This document shows positions 27,970 through 41,585 of a stretch of 64,000 nucleotides of DNA, piece by piece. The translations under genes were made by a program, and so were the position numbers. Position 1 is the stretch's first letter. Every line of letters starts with the position of its first letter. The notes under the pieces are model-generated. The model did no database searches. It was not told where the DNA came from and saw only the letters and a program-made list of their open reading frames with translations. This DNA is from Rhynchobatus australiae (taxonomy: Eukaryota), in the NCBI GenBank assembly GCA_034780895.1, contig JAUZTB010000068.1, positions 20,307,151-20,371,150 on the forward strand, in the 5' to 3' direction.

Positions 27970-28310
27970 ATCAGTTCTAGCTGGCTATGGCTTAACACAC
28001 CCTGCGTTGTTTTGGAAAATAAGCAGCTGGTGCTCACTGTAACAGCACACACCAGAAAAGCCTGCACCAGTGTTGTTCCCAGATTAAAGTGCACACAATG
28101 TCATGAGTTTGTGCAGTAATTAACAAATTTTATTCATTTGTGCATTATCGCAGAATGAATCCCCAGGATTAAAAACTGACTTACTGCAGGCATTTCCTAC
28201 TCTATAACCGGATAAGCAAATTTGCTGTTTTCAATCAGAGTTCAGCAATGTAAACAACTCAAAGATTCAGTTCAGCACTTGATTCAATCCTAAGAATATG
28301 TATTAGAATA
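27970..28310. repeat. Unclassified ~340-bp element, copy 2
   Basis: See copy 1. Same orientation, about 4.5 kb downstream. Confidence 0.85.
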
Positions 28311-28711
28311 ATGCAGGAAAATTTGTTTTGTGAATCACTGTATCAGGGCACATCTTCTGCTTGTCACCAGAACTTCTAACATACTTACCCAAGTTTCTTC
28401 ATAAATGTCTCAGAGTCCAGAACTAGCATTAGCTTAAGCTAGCAGGAGCGTTTCCCACTGTGCCACCTGTATGGCCAGCTGNNNNNNNNNNNNNNNNNNN
28501 NNNNNNNNNNNNNNNNNNNNNNNNNNNNNNNNNNNNNNNNNNNNNNNNNNNNNNNNNNNNNNNNNNNNNNNNNNNNNNNNNNNNNNNNAGGTTCAGAAGC
28601 CTCTTAGAAATCAATGGGAAGAAGGAGCCACTGGGAAAATGGTAAATAGATCTTTTTGTTTGATTTAATCCAGTTAGCATAAATGGATTTAATTATTTTT
28701 ATTTTTTGATC

Positions 28712-29330
28712 ACAGAAATGGGAAGATTAGAAGGCCAGTTAGCACTTTGAGCCTGCTCCTCCATTCAATAAAAGCATGAAAACTTGGCCTCAACAGCACT
28801 TCCCTGCTCTTCTCATACCCCATGGTTCCTCTGTACTTCAACTGTGTGTCGATATCTGTCTCAAGAACATTCAATGACTCTGTGTCCACAACGTTCTGGG
28901 ATGGAGAATTGCAAAGGTTGGCAGTCTTCTGCAAGAATGGACAGGACAAAGTGCTGGTAATTGGGGTTAGTACAGATGGGCACTTGATGGTCAGCATGGA
29001 TATGGTGGGCTGAAAGGCCTATTTTTATGCTATATGACTCTATGATTCTAAAACTGCACACTCTACTCCAGGTGTATCCTGGAGTTGCATCAAAACTTCC
29101 TTACTCTTACACACCATATCCATTGTAACAAGGGTCAATTTTCCATTCACCTTCCTAAATACTTGCTTTATCTGCAATGATAACTTTTTGCGTTACATGC
29201 ACTAGGATTCCTCGATCCCTTTGCACCTCAACACTTTGTGGTCTCTCTCCACTTGAATAATATAGTTTTTTATTCTTCTTTTCATAATTTCATATTTTCC
29301 CACATTAATTCCCTGCACAATCTATTTGTG
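28712..29330 (-). mobile_element. CR1 3' fragment with an oppositely oriented CR1/SINE tail nested at about 28945-29050
   Basis: ANLCNSPSQNVVDTESLNVLETDIDTQLKYRG (CR1 C-terminus) on the minus strand; plus-strand tail gcatggatatggtgggctgaaaggcct...tatgactctatgattcta. Confidence 0.7.
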
Positions 29331-30647
29331 TGTGTTTTTATTTTTTTTATATACTGCTCAGGTGATTTGAATGTTTGTAAATCTAAGAGCCTGAGCAAAA
29401 GATCTCAGCAGCTGCCGAAGTCCTTTGGTTAACCACATACACTGGGAGAAGCCCTGCACTGTGTTTCACTGTGCTGGGCCACACTGATATTCCAAAGATT
29501 CATCCAAGAGCACACTGGAAAGTAACAGTATGTTTCAAGGACAAGCAGCCGGTGATCTTGGGAACAGCAAAAGATTTAACTTTTAATATACTTCTTGTAT
29601 GTAACTTCAATTGTCGTTCAACATAAATCTTTCCTTCAAAAAACTATGAACCAAGCAGCAGATATCTCTGACATGGTTTTATAATATCATCCATTGCCTG
29701 NNNNNNNNNNNNNNNTGACTGGGATTAACAATGGATTATTTGTGCAACTGGAAAGTCCACAAAATTATATTCTCCACATTGTGATTCTGCCTACAGGTCT
29801 TCCCTGATTACAGGGAAAATTTCCACTGATCACAAGGGTTACTTTCATAATGCTTGTTTGTACAGGAAGTCTTCATCTGCCCACAAAAAAATGGTAGCTC
29901 AATTCTAAGCCAACACAATAGTAGACAATTACTCCAGAGAGAACCTTTTTTTCAGAAGGAACAGTGTGACATAACTGGGGGATCAAGTGGTAGGCAACTC
30001 CTTTTCTCAGGAGTCAGATAATAAGGCAAATTCAAGCATAATAATTGCTGTCTTACATTTTACAATTTACCCTTTTAACCAAAGAAGATTCTGATCCACC
30101 ACATTACCCCTAAGATTGCTACAGTGAAATTGAGAACATTATCCTTCTTCTAGAATATATATTTGACAAGAAGGATTGGAAAGAGATGCAGTGGTTTTTG
30201 TTGAAGTTCATCATATGCAAGCTGTTCTTTAGGATGCACACTGAGACAAACATCAAATGCTGGAAGATTATGAACATGGTGAGAGACACATTTTGGTCTG
30301 TCTGAAGCTCCAATACAATGTTCTGTCCACAAATTAATGCTGCAGACAGGTACTGTCCAAGGTATAGCACTACATGCTGGGGCTTGCAACTGCTCTTGGT
30401 GAATCTGCTGCAAAAACTCTATGGAGAAAGGTCTTTGTTTAAGGAACTATGCCATTGCACATTGGGGGACTGAAGCCTGTATGAAAACCTTTTATACATA
30501 GTTTATGGGATGTATTTGGGGAAAAAAAAGGGTATCATGGTGATGTATTGTAAATCTTGCAAGAAAATGGAATGATATGTCCTGTAACTGCAATGTTGTT
30601 ATATATTTGCATATTTTCTGAATAAAGTAAACCAGANNNNNNNNNNN

Positions 30648-31170
30648 CAAATTCTGGTAGGATATACAGAGTAAATGGCAGGGACTTTAGAGTGTCGGTT
30701 AACAGAGACCTTGGGGTGCAAGTCCATAGCTCCCTGAAGTGCCGACAGTTATAATGAGGGATTAGATAGGCTGGGGTTATTCTCACTAGAGCATAGAAGG
30801 CTGAGGGGTGAGCTTGTAGAGGTTTATAAGATTATGAAGAGCATGGAATTATTTTCCCCAGGGGCAGAGGAGTCTAGAACTAGAGAGTGCAGGTTTAAAA
30901 TGAGATAGGAAAAATTTAAAGGAGTTCTAAGGGGTAGTTTTTCCCACACAGAAAGTGGTAAATATCTGGAACGAGCTGTCACTGGAGGCTGATGCAATCA
31001 CAACATTTAAAAGATATTTAGACAGGTACTTGGAAAGAAGAGGCATAGAGGAATACAGGCCTAATGCAGGCAAATGGGATTAGCATAGATAGGCATCAAG
31101 GTTGACATGAGCAAGGTGGGCTAAAAGGGCCTGTTTCTGTGCTGTCTGCTACATATCATATGATTCTATA
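30648..31170 (+). mobile_element. CR1 LINE 3' fragment
   Basis: agagaccttggggtgcaagtccatagctccctgaa, ggctgaggggtgagcttgtagaggtttataagattatg, and tail gggcctgtttctgtgctgt...tatgattcta. Confidence 0.85.
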
Positions 31171-34100
31171 GTTTGGTGAAGAAAAACCTACAATTCACCT
31201 TCTAAGCTTCACTCATAATATCTCCTAGACTGGCTCAGATCATGAAGTCAGCACTTCACTGTCTCAGGGCAAGTACGACATCCTATTAACCTTCTGGAAG
31301 ATTCTTTTGTATCTGGAGGTGCTATAGCTCTAAGGTTTGTACCTCGTACATTACAAACCATCAAAAAATATGACTATTTGAGCTACTTTAAATTCATTTA
31401 ACAGGTTTCCAAATAGCAGAAACATCAAAGAATTAAGCCAGCATAAACCATAAGCTATACACTAACATTCACCAATAAGAAAAACATGTGTACCATTAAG
31501 TATTGCAAAAGCATAAAATGAAAATCAAAGGTTCAAACAACCGATACTGCTGTAAACCGGACTAAACTCTAAAAATCTAAATTCTTACAATACTTTCTAC
31601 AGTAAAGGTTGAAACTTTAATTTTTTTATATTCATGTTCTAAAATTGCTTGAAACATTTAACACTTTCTCTCGTTCTGTTCCTCTTTAGCCCATACACCC
31701 CATATACAAAAACTTTATGCTGAATTGTGATGTGCCACTGGCTGTTGAGACTTTCATTTGTGCCTACCCTGCAAAAGTAGACATAGACAAATATAAATAT
31801 ATATAAAACCAGTCTAATACTTTAGACTAGTGTCATCTTAAGCATTTTAAGATCTATTGCTTTTGATTTAAAAGCAGGTATATATCCTGCACATTTGTAA
31901 ATAGTTTTAAAAATACTTTATAAGCCAAAGGAAACTCATCAAGGCAAAATAGAATCTGATTTCCAATGTCTAGTCCCTCCCACTACAAAATATAAATGAA
32001 CACAGGGGCTGAGCAATGGCCAAAAGTGAGTCAGTCAAACATAAAGACTGATAATATAACATGATAATAATTACGTAATAAACTAGTGCTAAAAACACTT
32101 GACACCATACATCAGTGACAGTCTTATAGTGTGATATACTTTCAAGTTCATTGTCATCGTCATCGTTGTTAGGTTGTTTTAACTCTCTTCATGTACTTTC
32201 TACGGCATTCATCCCTTTTCCCACATAAAGGCTTAAAATGCCAAAACTTATAATTATAAAATTATAGGTTTCACATTATAAAGAATAACAAACAGCTGGC
32301 AGTGAGTTTTAAGCATTAATTCAAGCTTGGCGTTCTGTTGATGTTTCCAAGTCTGCTTAAGCTTCAGTCATACCATTAATGGCGTCATCAGAACCACTTT
32401 ATTGAATTACTGCTTTTGTAAATCACTGCTGGCCATCTGTTATCCTATATGTATATGTCATGAAGTAACACTAGACATTGATAGTACCTTTACTTTTATT
32501 CAAAAGTTAAAGAAAATCTAATGGAAATGAAAATAATGGCTACTCCATAAATATTTTTTAAAAATCACTTCTTGTATTTTCCCTGCAATATCTGGCATTG
32601 ATCAAGGAGTGTCTATGTNNNNNNNNNNNNNNNNNNNNNNNAGCAATATTCAAGTCAAACAATTCAATATTGCAAATGAAGCACTTAATCATTAAACGAT
32701 TAATTTATCAAATCTGAACTTTACTGGAAACTGGTAGACAAACTAAGGAATGCCTGTCTGCAAGCAAGAATTCTCCCCAGGTCCAACCCAGGTACTGAAG
32801 CTATTCACATTATTTTTTTTTATTTTTTAGAGGTAGGATCATGGGTTTTAAAATAAGTAATGACAATACCATGCAATGCTTAGTAACTAGTATTTCATTT
32901 TATATGAGGTGGGACACTCACTCTGATTGCAATTATGAGAAACTGCCTGCCAATAACAAAAGATCACTTTCTCATGGGAGCGTCAGAAAGAAGTTCAATT
33001 CCAAATGTTTATATCTTTATTACAAAACTTTAGCAATTATTTTAGTGAAGTAACACCAAAGAATACTTAAGTATTACGGTCTTAAGTAGGACAAGTAGTC
33101 AAAGTACGCTTAAACCTGACAAGAGTAATTCAGTTATATTAAAGAAAAAGCCTACTCCCAAGGACAGTGATCTGATGGAGGATGACACCTTTATGCTGTC
33201 CTATGTGAAATGTCAAACTGGTTTATATAGGCATCCACCTCCTGAGTCTAAAGCCTTGAATATCTTCAGTAAAATCTATTAACATAAAACAAAATGTCTA
33301 AACAATTTGCTTTAAGATAAGAAATCATCTCTCTTATCTAAATCTACATCATAGCTGATAACATGGGACATCTATTAAAACTGGATTTAAAAGCAATGAG
33401 GTAATCAGTGTTGAAAGAACATTAAAAGTAATAAGTTGGGACATCTTTTGAAACAATCTAATATGAAGACATTCTCTAATAGGTTCAGAAAGATTGTTCT
33501 GGCAGTTTGTATGATTTGTCTGCTTCCGTTTATAAAAGGACTAAAAACGTATTATGACATATAAAATAGTCTAATAATAATCATTAACTTAGCATGTAGC
33601 ATTTGAATAATATTTCTGTAATTATTTCAAAAGGTTAACTTGTACACTGTTTAGTGNNNNNNNNNNAAAGCCTAGGTGATTTCTAAGACGCAGAAATCTT
33701 ATTATCATGATCACTTCAGAAGAGAATGAACAAAACATGCAACATAATCTAACATGCTTTCTTCCCTGGAAATCGGTCCTTCCTTGCTCATATTCCCTGG
33801 CTGCAGTTGTAACGTGACAGCAAGTGGTTATTAAACAGGTTTGCAAGTGAATTGGATTGAAGTTTACTGGAGTCTGGGGTGTGTAATATGCACACAGGAA
33901 CAGGAGGCCAAACTGAACAGCTACAATTACATATCCTTTCTGAAAGGAGCTGTGGCTCCCTCGGAGACACTTACACTACTACTTTATGTTACAGGTTAAA
34001 AGAAATGTTTCACTAATATCAAAGGGAATTTAAAAAACGAGCAAAATTCTTCATTTCATTTTCAAATGAAATCTTTGCCCAAACCAAAATGAATTTATGT

Positions 34101-37100
34101 ATAATATTTATGCATGTGTTAATTTCACAGCAAAGCAAGTGTTTGAATAAATTCCAACAAAAAAATGTTGCTTGTTTTCTTAATGAGAATAAAAGCCATC
34201 TGCTGCTGTTTGCCACGAATCAGTAATTATTGCAAACTGTACAGATCCCCAATACACCAATACAACATCCACTTAGCACTGCAGGCACGACACTGATCAA
34301 AATCAGAGACTTTCAACATTGTAAATCCATAAAATCAAACCAAAGTATTGATTTACAGGCACTAATGATTTCATTGGATAAATGAAAATTTCTTACAGCA
34401 TGTCAAATATGAATGCTCTGGAAAATTAAATATTCGATCCAATAAGAAACTATATTTTTAAAAGGAAGCATTATGAGCAACATTACTGATAAGTGCAGGA
34501 AAACTGGATGCCAACCCCATTTGTTCAAATTTGAAATGGAAAATCCAAAGGCATACCTAGTATTTTTTCCAGTTCACTGAATGTTTGTAGCTGTACATTC
34601 TTGTTAACTAAATAAGGATTGAAACTAAACCTGAAGATTTATTATGGCATAAATATTTCCATATTGCAATGTAAATTCCCTGGTAACTATTGCTAACATC
34701 TGTATGATATTTATGATATTTGTGGCAAACGACTTACGCACTGAATAAAAACCAACTGGATAATGATTTCCATCATTTTACTGTTAGGTGGATTCAGCGG
34801 GAGACATTCAGCCCCAAAGGTACATGACTATCTCAATATTTATTACACTTCTTTCGATTTTAGTTCGATCATACAACCATTCTTATTTAATTTCAAGAGT
34901 TTCAAAAGCTCTTGAACCTAAGATGCTCTGCTCACAATAAAATGTAAATAATTATATGCAACTCATTCCTTCTCTTAAATTAAAACATTTTCTGGGAAAT
35001 ATGTTAACACTGCAGAATTTTAGAACAAGAGAATTCAGTGTGACTTGTCATTTCATTCTATTTGTGAATTGTAATTAAATATCTATCCATTTTTGTATTA
35101 TTTTCAGGTCCTCTGCTCAGCACTCACTCTTTTCCAGTATAAAAGCTGCTCAGTCTGGAAGTATGGAAATACACTCTACAACCAATTGCTGGGATGTGTC
35201 ACTGAACATTTTGAGGAGTCAAGAAGAAGCCGCTCCTGCATTCCTCTTTCTATCGTCAGAAAGACAGCAAACCTCAATGTTCAGACTGCCCAACTGAGAT
35301 TGAAATGCAACTGGAAGAAGAATCACAACCTAAGCTTGCAATTTGCCATTCCATAATGCACGAACATTTATCTGTTCAAATCATACTTAACTTTATTGGC
35401 ATTTTTTATTTAACATAGTTACTAATGAACTTGATTCTGCTAATATAACTGCAAATGCACTCTCCTCTCTACTATCTTAAAAAGTAGTGTGCATTGATTT
35501 TAAATTCAGAAATTTAAACAAGCAGTTATTTCCTGTTTCTCTCTGATACAACTGCAGCCAAATCTTTAAAATGATGAAAACTACATATAATTTTGTTTGT
35601 TTAATTTAGTTTCTTTATTTTGTTAGTGGAGCTCAACTGCTATGAATATTTTTGTATTGGAGTGCGGTATCACTCCAGCTCACCTCTACAATCACTGATC
35701 AAAAAAAGTCATGGGAAAGGTCAGCTATTTTGTGGAATGAATTGTCATTTTTAATATAGATNNNNNNNNNNNNNNNNNNNNNNNNNNNNNNNNNNNNNNN
35801 NNNNNNNNNNNNNNNNNNNNNNNNNNNNNNNNNNNNNNNNNNNNNNNNNNNNNNNNNNNNNNNNNNNNNNNNNNNNNNNNNNNNNNNNNNNNNNNNNNNN
35901 NNNNNNNNNNNNNNNNNNNNNNNNNNNNNNNNNNNNNNNNNNNNNNNNNNNNNNNNNNNNNNNNNNNNNNNNNNNNNNNNNNNNNNNNNNNNNNNNNNNN
36001 NNNNNNNNNNNNNNNNNNNNNNNNNNNNNNNNNNNNNNNNNNNNNNNNNNNNNNNNNNNNNNNNNNNNNNNNNNNNNNNNNNNNNNNNNNNNNNNNNNNN
36101 NNNNNNNNNNNNNNNNNNNNNNNNNNNNNNNNNNNNNNNNNNNNNNNNNNNNNNNNNNNNNNNNNNNNNNNNNNNNNNNNNNNNNNNNNNNNNNNNNNNN
36201 NNNNNNNNNNNNNNNNNNNNNNNNNNNNNNNNNNNNNNNNNNNNNNNNNNNNNNNNNNNNNNNNNNNNNNNNNNNNNNNNNNNNNNNNNNNNNNNNNNNN
36301 NNNNNNNNNNNNNNNNNNNNNNNNNNNNNNNNNNNNNNNNNNNNNNNNNNNNNNNNNNNNNNNNNNNNNNNNNNNNNNNNNNNNNNNNNNNNNNNNNNNN
36401 NNNNNNNNNNNNNNNNNNNNNNNNNNNNNNNNNNNNNNNNNNNNNNNNNNNNNNNNNNNNNNNNNNNNNNNNNNNNNNNNNNNNNNNNNNNNNNNNNNNN
36501 NNNNNNNNNNNNNNNNNNNNNNNNNNNNNNNNTGGATTTATCACAAGAAGTAAGCATTTTTAATCACAGTGTCAATCCAGCAATTGTGAGTAACCAGATC
36601 TTAAATTACTGTAAATTATCTTTCAAAATATAAAAAACTAGTTTTAATTGGATTGAAATACAATAGTCAGCTTCACGGTGAATTAAGAAAAAAATTACGC
36701 TCAAACCATTTAAAACATACCTATTAGTGTGTCCTTGAGCCCAAAAGATCCAGCTTAATTTTTAGAGTTTTCTAAAGGGCCTGCAAAAAAATGCAATTAG
36801 CAGAAACTCTCAACGGCAATTAATTCACTCTGGTGGTGTGACCAGCTTTGAGGACAGAGCCTGCAGCAAGCTCAATGTTTTTTTTAAATAGCACAAAAGA
36901 TCATGGAAACTTGAGCTGCGTTGAGCATAATTCATGCTTAAAAGTCCACACACTTTTGGGGAACTGTACAGCGAAAACAAGCACAATCAAGTGGCCATAA
37001 GGTTGCACTGATATCATAGCTTCAAGCTGGTCAAATAAACTAAACTGGATTTGTCCTGTTCAAAAAAGACAAGCCAATAAATGCAAGTACATATATCACA

Positions 37101-38384
37101 AATGTATGCTTTTACCAGAGTTATTTGTTTAACATGCATTTAGACTACAGTTTCCAAGTTCTGGACGTATCTTTATTTGCATTTTTGTAAGTATCCAGTG
37201 TGTATCACTTTAATTTGAGAAAGATTTGCTGAAATGAGCAATGCAGTAACCACCTGGGATGTTGCTTTAGAGGTGATCGTGTCAGACAAGCTGTAAACAT
37301 AACTGAAAATGTGTCATCCAGGTTTAACAAATATAAGCTTTCAATTAAAGTTGCCAGGAATCAATGCAATGATTGTCAATGGGATGTAAAAGGATATTTG
37401 TTCCTCAGTGCCTTAACACAGTATTGGATGGTCCCTTAAGTGGAGCTGACAAAACTGTGTGAGTGGAACAGATGAACATTGCTTTGAAATTGTTATTCAA
37501 GCAGTTAGAGAGTCTATTATTTATATGTAGAGGGAATTTACCTTGAAAGGTTTGATCCTTCTGGTTGTTACGGTGACTACTCTTTATCAGAATAATATTT
37601 TAGAGTTCACAGCAGCTTTTCCAGACCTCAGGTCTCTCTCGTCTACATTGATGGAGTGGCTGCAATAATGACAGTTGCTCAGTAAGCACTTTATCACCTG
37701 GAGAAGAGGCCACTGGGATCAACCATGCACGCCTGGGTCCTGTGAAATAGGCTCCTCTAATCAAAGTTACCATCATTCCAATGGACCAGCACATAGTGAC
37801 TGATGTAGGGACAAATTGCTGATGGTGTGACATTAATTTCATCTTACGGCTTAGGGACTGAAGTTTTAGTCAGGCATATTCAAACAATAAAAAAACAAGA
37901 TAAATTAATTCTAAACTGAAAGTTAATATTATATCAGAAAGTTGACTACAAAAATGTTTAGCTCATTACAATGGGATCTACATTTACTGATGTGATATGC
38001 ATAGAGTATTTTGAGTACCAAATGCATTAATTCTGCATTGGCCTCTATTTGCTGGGCTTTATGCAGACAAATAATTGACTTTTGATTACTTGGACGTAAA
38101 ATTCATATTTGTAAACAAAGAGAATTTCAGTAAATTCAGATTAACAATTAACCTCTATTTTATTTCTCATTTATATTATCTACCATGAAGGGTGTTTGGA
38201 AGTAAAATTTGAGATTTCCACTGTTGGCTGCTTATTGTTGTGGTATAAATCAGCAGTTTTGCATCACAGTATAGCTTTTATGGATTGGCGATTAACATAT
38301 GTGAAGCACTGGCTTCAAACTCATACACAGATCATTGAAATGTTTACATGGATGTGGAGGTCTGATGCACAATATTTCCCTAAG

Positions 38385-38640
38385 CTTTTCTGGGATGAGA
38401 GGGTCATACTATCATGAGCAGCTAAAGATATTGGACCTATATTCTTTGGAATTTAGAAGAATGTGGGATGATCTTATTGAAACATGTACGATCCTGAGGG
38501 GACATGACAGGGCAGAGGGTGACGTGTTTCCATTCGTGGGAGAATCTCAAACAAGGGACAAGGACAAGGGGGCAGTTGGTGGATGGGGGAGGGGGGGCAA
38601 TTGTTTAAAGTGATCTGCTCCTGCTGCTATTTTCTTATGT
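38385..38640 (+). mobile_element. CR1 3' fragment
   Basis: LKILDLYSLEFRRMWDDLIETCTILRGHDRAEGDVFPFVGESQTR. Confidence 0.8.
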
Positions 38641-39439
38641 CTGAGAAGATTATTTCCAAAAGGTGGCCAAGTTTAATAAGTGTCCAGTGTTGCTCATTTG
38701 TAAGTGGGTAAAAGCCTTGGATTGATTAAACCTGCAATATTTTGGTCATTTTTCATGGTTATGATTTTTGTTTTTGTTGTTGGAACATTATGGCATGTTC
38801 AATTTTATTTTGCCCTTCCAATTCCCAACAAGATGTATCTATCAGATTTGGTTAAAAGCAAAGTACAGGAATGCAAAGTAAGTCTCTGGCTCCATACCAG
38901 TTCCATTGCTGGTAGACATAGAAGCCTGCACTGCAGGCTGAAGGGAACAGATCTCATTTTGCCAGTGGTGGGTAAATGGAAATATTCCTGGTTCCACATT
39001 GTTCTGGGACAACAGGTACCATGGTACTTTTAAGATATATGAATGTGCAGCTAACTACAATGTTAGGCACCTCTTCAGAAACAAGCCAATCACTATTTGT
39101 CATACTGTTAGAGGTTGCATAATACAAGACGGACTTGTGTGTATCAACAGCCAGCAATACCTAGTTGGCCACATCCATCAAGATGCTGCAAAATTATTTG
39201 AAAACAGCATTGTAATTGTCTGGTAATGATGGCTACAATCTAACTTCACAGATTCCAAGTCAGTACATATGTAGATGCAGTGCTATGCGCTTTGCAGTTA
39301 ACATGCGGCATACAGCTTGCTTTGTAATGTTCAGGTGTGGCTCGAACATCAGCTCCATCTCCTTGTGGGCCAAGGAATGGCACAGGCATTACCCTTCTAA
39401 CAGCACTCTAACAGCACCAATAACAGTGATGCTTCACTC

Positions 39440-41035
39440 CCCGATGAGCTCAATGCCCTTTAAGCACGCCTTGAAAGGGAGAATAACACCACACCTGTGC
39501 GAATCCCCAGTTTCTGGTGACCCTGTGTTCTCTGTCTCAGAGATCAACATCAGGACATCCTTCAAGAGGGTTAACTCTCGCAAGGCATCAGGCCCCAATG
39601 GTGTACTGAAAATCTGTGCTGACCAACTGGCAGGATTGTTCAACGACATCTTCAACCTCTCACTGATGCAGTCGGAGGTCCCCACCTGCTTCAAAAAAGC
39701 ATGAATCATACCAGTGCCCAAGAAGAGCATGGTGAGCTGCCTCAACGACTATCACCTGGTGGCATTCACATCTAAGTGCTTTGAGAGGTTGGTCATGGCT
39801 AGAATTNNNNNNNNNNNNNNNNNNNNNNNNNNNNNNNNNNNNNNNNNNNNNNNNNNNNNNNNNNNNNNNNNNNNNNNNNNNNNNNNNNNNNNNNNNNNNN
39901 NNNNNNNNNNNNNNNNNNNNNNNNNNNNNNNNNNNNNNNNNNNNNNNNNNNNNNNNNNNNNNNNNNNNNNNNNNNNNNNNNNNNNNNNNNNNNNNNNNNN
40001 NNNNNNNNNNNNNNNNNNNNNNNNNNNNNNNNNNNNNNNNNNNNNNNNNNNNNNNNNNNNNNNNNNNNNNNNNNNNNNNNNNNNNNNNNNNNNNNNNNNN
40101 NNNNNNNNNNNNNNNNNNNNNNNNNNNNNNNNNNNNNNNNNNNNNNNNNNNNNNNNNNNNNNNNNNNNNNNNNNNNNNNNNNNNNNNNNNNNNNNNNNNN
40201 NNNNNNNNNNNNNNNNNNNNNNNNNNNNNNNNNNNNNNNNNNNNNNNNNNNNNNNNNNNNNNNNNNNNNNNNNNNNNNNNNNNNNNNNNNNNNNNNNNNN
40301 NNNNNNNNNNNNNNNNNNNNNNNNNNNNNNNNNNNNNNNNNNNNNNNNNNNNNNNNNNNNNNNNNNNNNNNNNNNNNNNNNNNNNNNNNNNNNNNNNNNN
40401 NNNNNNNNNNNNNNNNNNNNNNNNNNNNNNNNNNNNNNNNNNNNNNNNNNNNNNNNNNNNNNNNNNNNNNNNNNNNNNNNNNNNNNNNNNNNNNNNNNNN
40501 NNNNNNNNNNNNNNNNNNNNNNNNNNNNNGTTTGAGGAGATTTGGTATGTCACCAAAGACTCTTGCAAATTTCTATAAATGTACGGTGGAGAGCATTCTG
40601 ACTGGTGCATCACCACCTGGTATGGAGGCTCCAAGTGCAGGATCAAAAGAGGCTGTAGACGATTGTAGACATAGCCTGCTCCATCACAGGCACAACCCTC
40701 CCCACCATTGGGGACATCTTCAGGAGGTGGTGCCTCAAGAAGGCGGCATCCATCATTAAGTACCCTCACCATCCGGGACATGCCCACTTCTCACTATTAC
40801 CATTGGGGTGGAGGTACAGGAGCCTGAAGACCCTCACTCAATGCTTCAGGAACGCTTCTTCCCCTCTGCCATCAGATTTCTGAATGGTCCATGAACCCAT
40901 AAACTCTACCTCATTATTCCTCTTTTGCACTATTTTAATTATTTGTTGGTAACTTATAGTAATTTTTATGTCTTGCACTGTACTGCTGCTGCAAATTCCA
41001 TAACATATGTCAGTGATAGTGAACCCGATTCTTCT
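39440..41035 (+). mobile_element. Rex1/Babar-type LINE, 5'-truncated, spanning an N gap
   Basis: [75 protein letters not shown] and RRFGMSPKTLANFYKCTVESILTG. 3' UTR matches 1-192. Confidence 0.85.
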
Positions 41036-41484
41036 GACAAACACCTATTAAAGAACGACATCTATTACATGGCTTTCAAACAGTAGGTCACGTCTTCTGT
41101 CACCTTCCCATAAACATATGCCAGCACCTTAGATCACAATTCCATTCCTTTTTGAATGCAACTTTTCAGACACCTGTCCCTTCCAACATGGGGGTTAAGT
41201 GTCGTTGAGATCTACTAAAAATTATCAGAATTTTGCAACTTTGATACTCCTCTTTAATTGTCCACATTTCCCTTTTAAAGTTCTCTTTAATGTGGTTTTA
41301 CATACCCATGTTTCATGTTTCAGCTGCATCTGTCCATATCTGCCATGGATAATTAGGCCTGCATATAACATTGGAAAACCAGAGCTAGAGAGCTATAACT
41401 GACACCACTAAACCATTTACCTTTCCTTTGCCACTCTTTTCCACAAAGATGGACCAAACAACTTATTTCTCAATGTTCATTTAT

Positions 41485-41585
41485 TGTTTTGATAAAAGAT
41501 CATTAACCTGACCATTAAATCTCTTTTACTCACTATCGTGGCTGCCTGACCTGTTGGGTATTTCCAGCATTTTCTGCTCTGTTTA
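41485..41585 (+). mobile_element. Penelope-like terminal repeat fragment
   Basis: tgataaaagatcattaacctgac...gctgcctgacctgttgggtatttccagcattttctg; same family as 46390-46590. Confidence 0.5.

Noticed and set aside
36553-36580. Reverse strand gacactgtgattaaaaat (DTVIKN), considered as exon 3
   Set aside because: No donor at the right position and a poor match; the true exon 3 is at 52920-52980.
35699-40787. Long ORFs (265-375 aa) in the ORF track
   Set aside because: Made mostly of X from N gaps; the non-gap parts near 39.7-40.8 kb are Rex1/Babar remnants.
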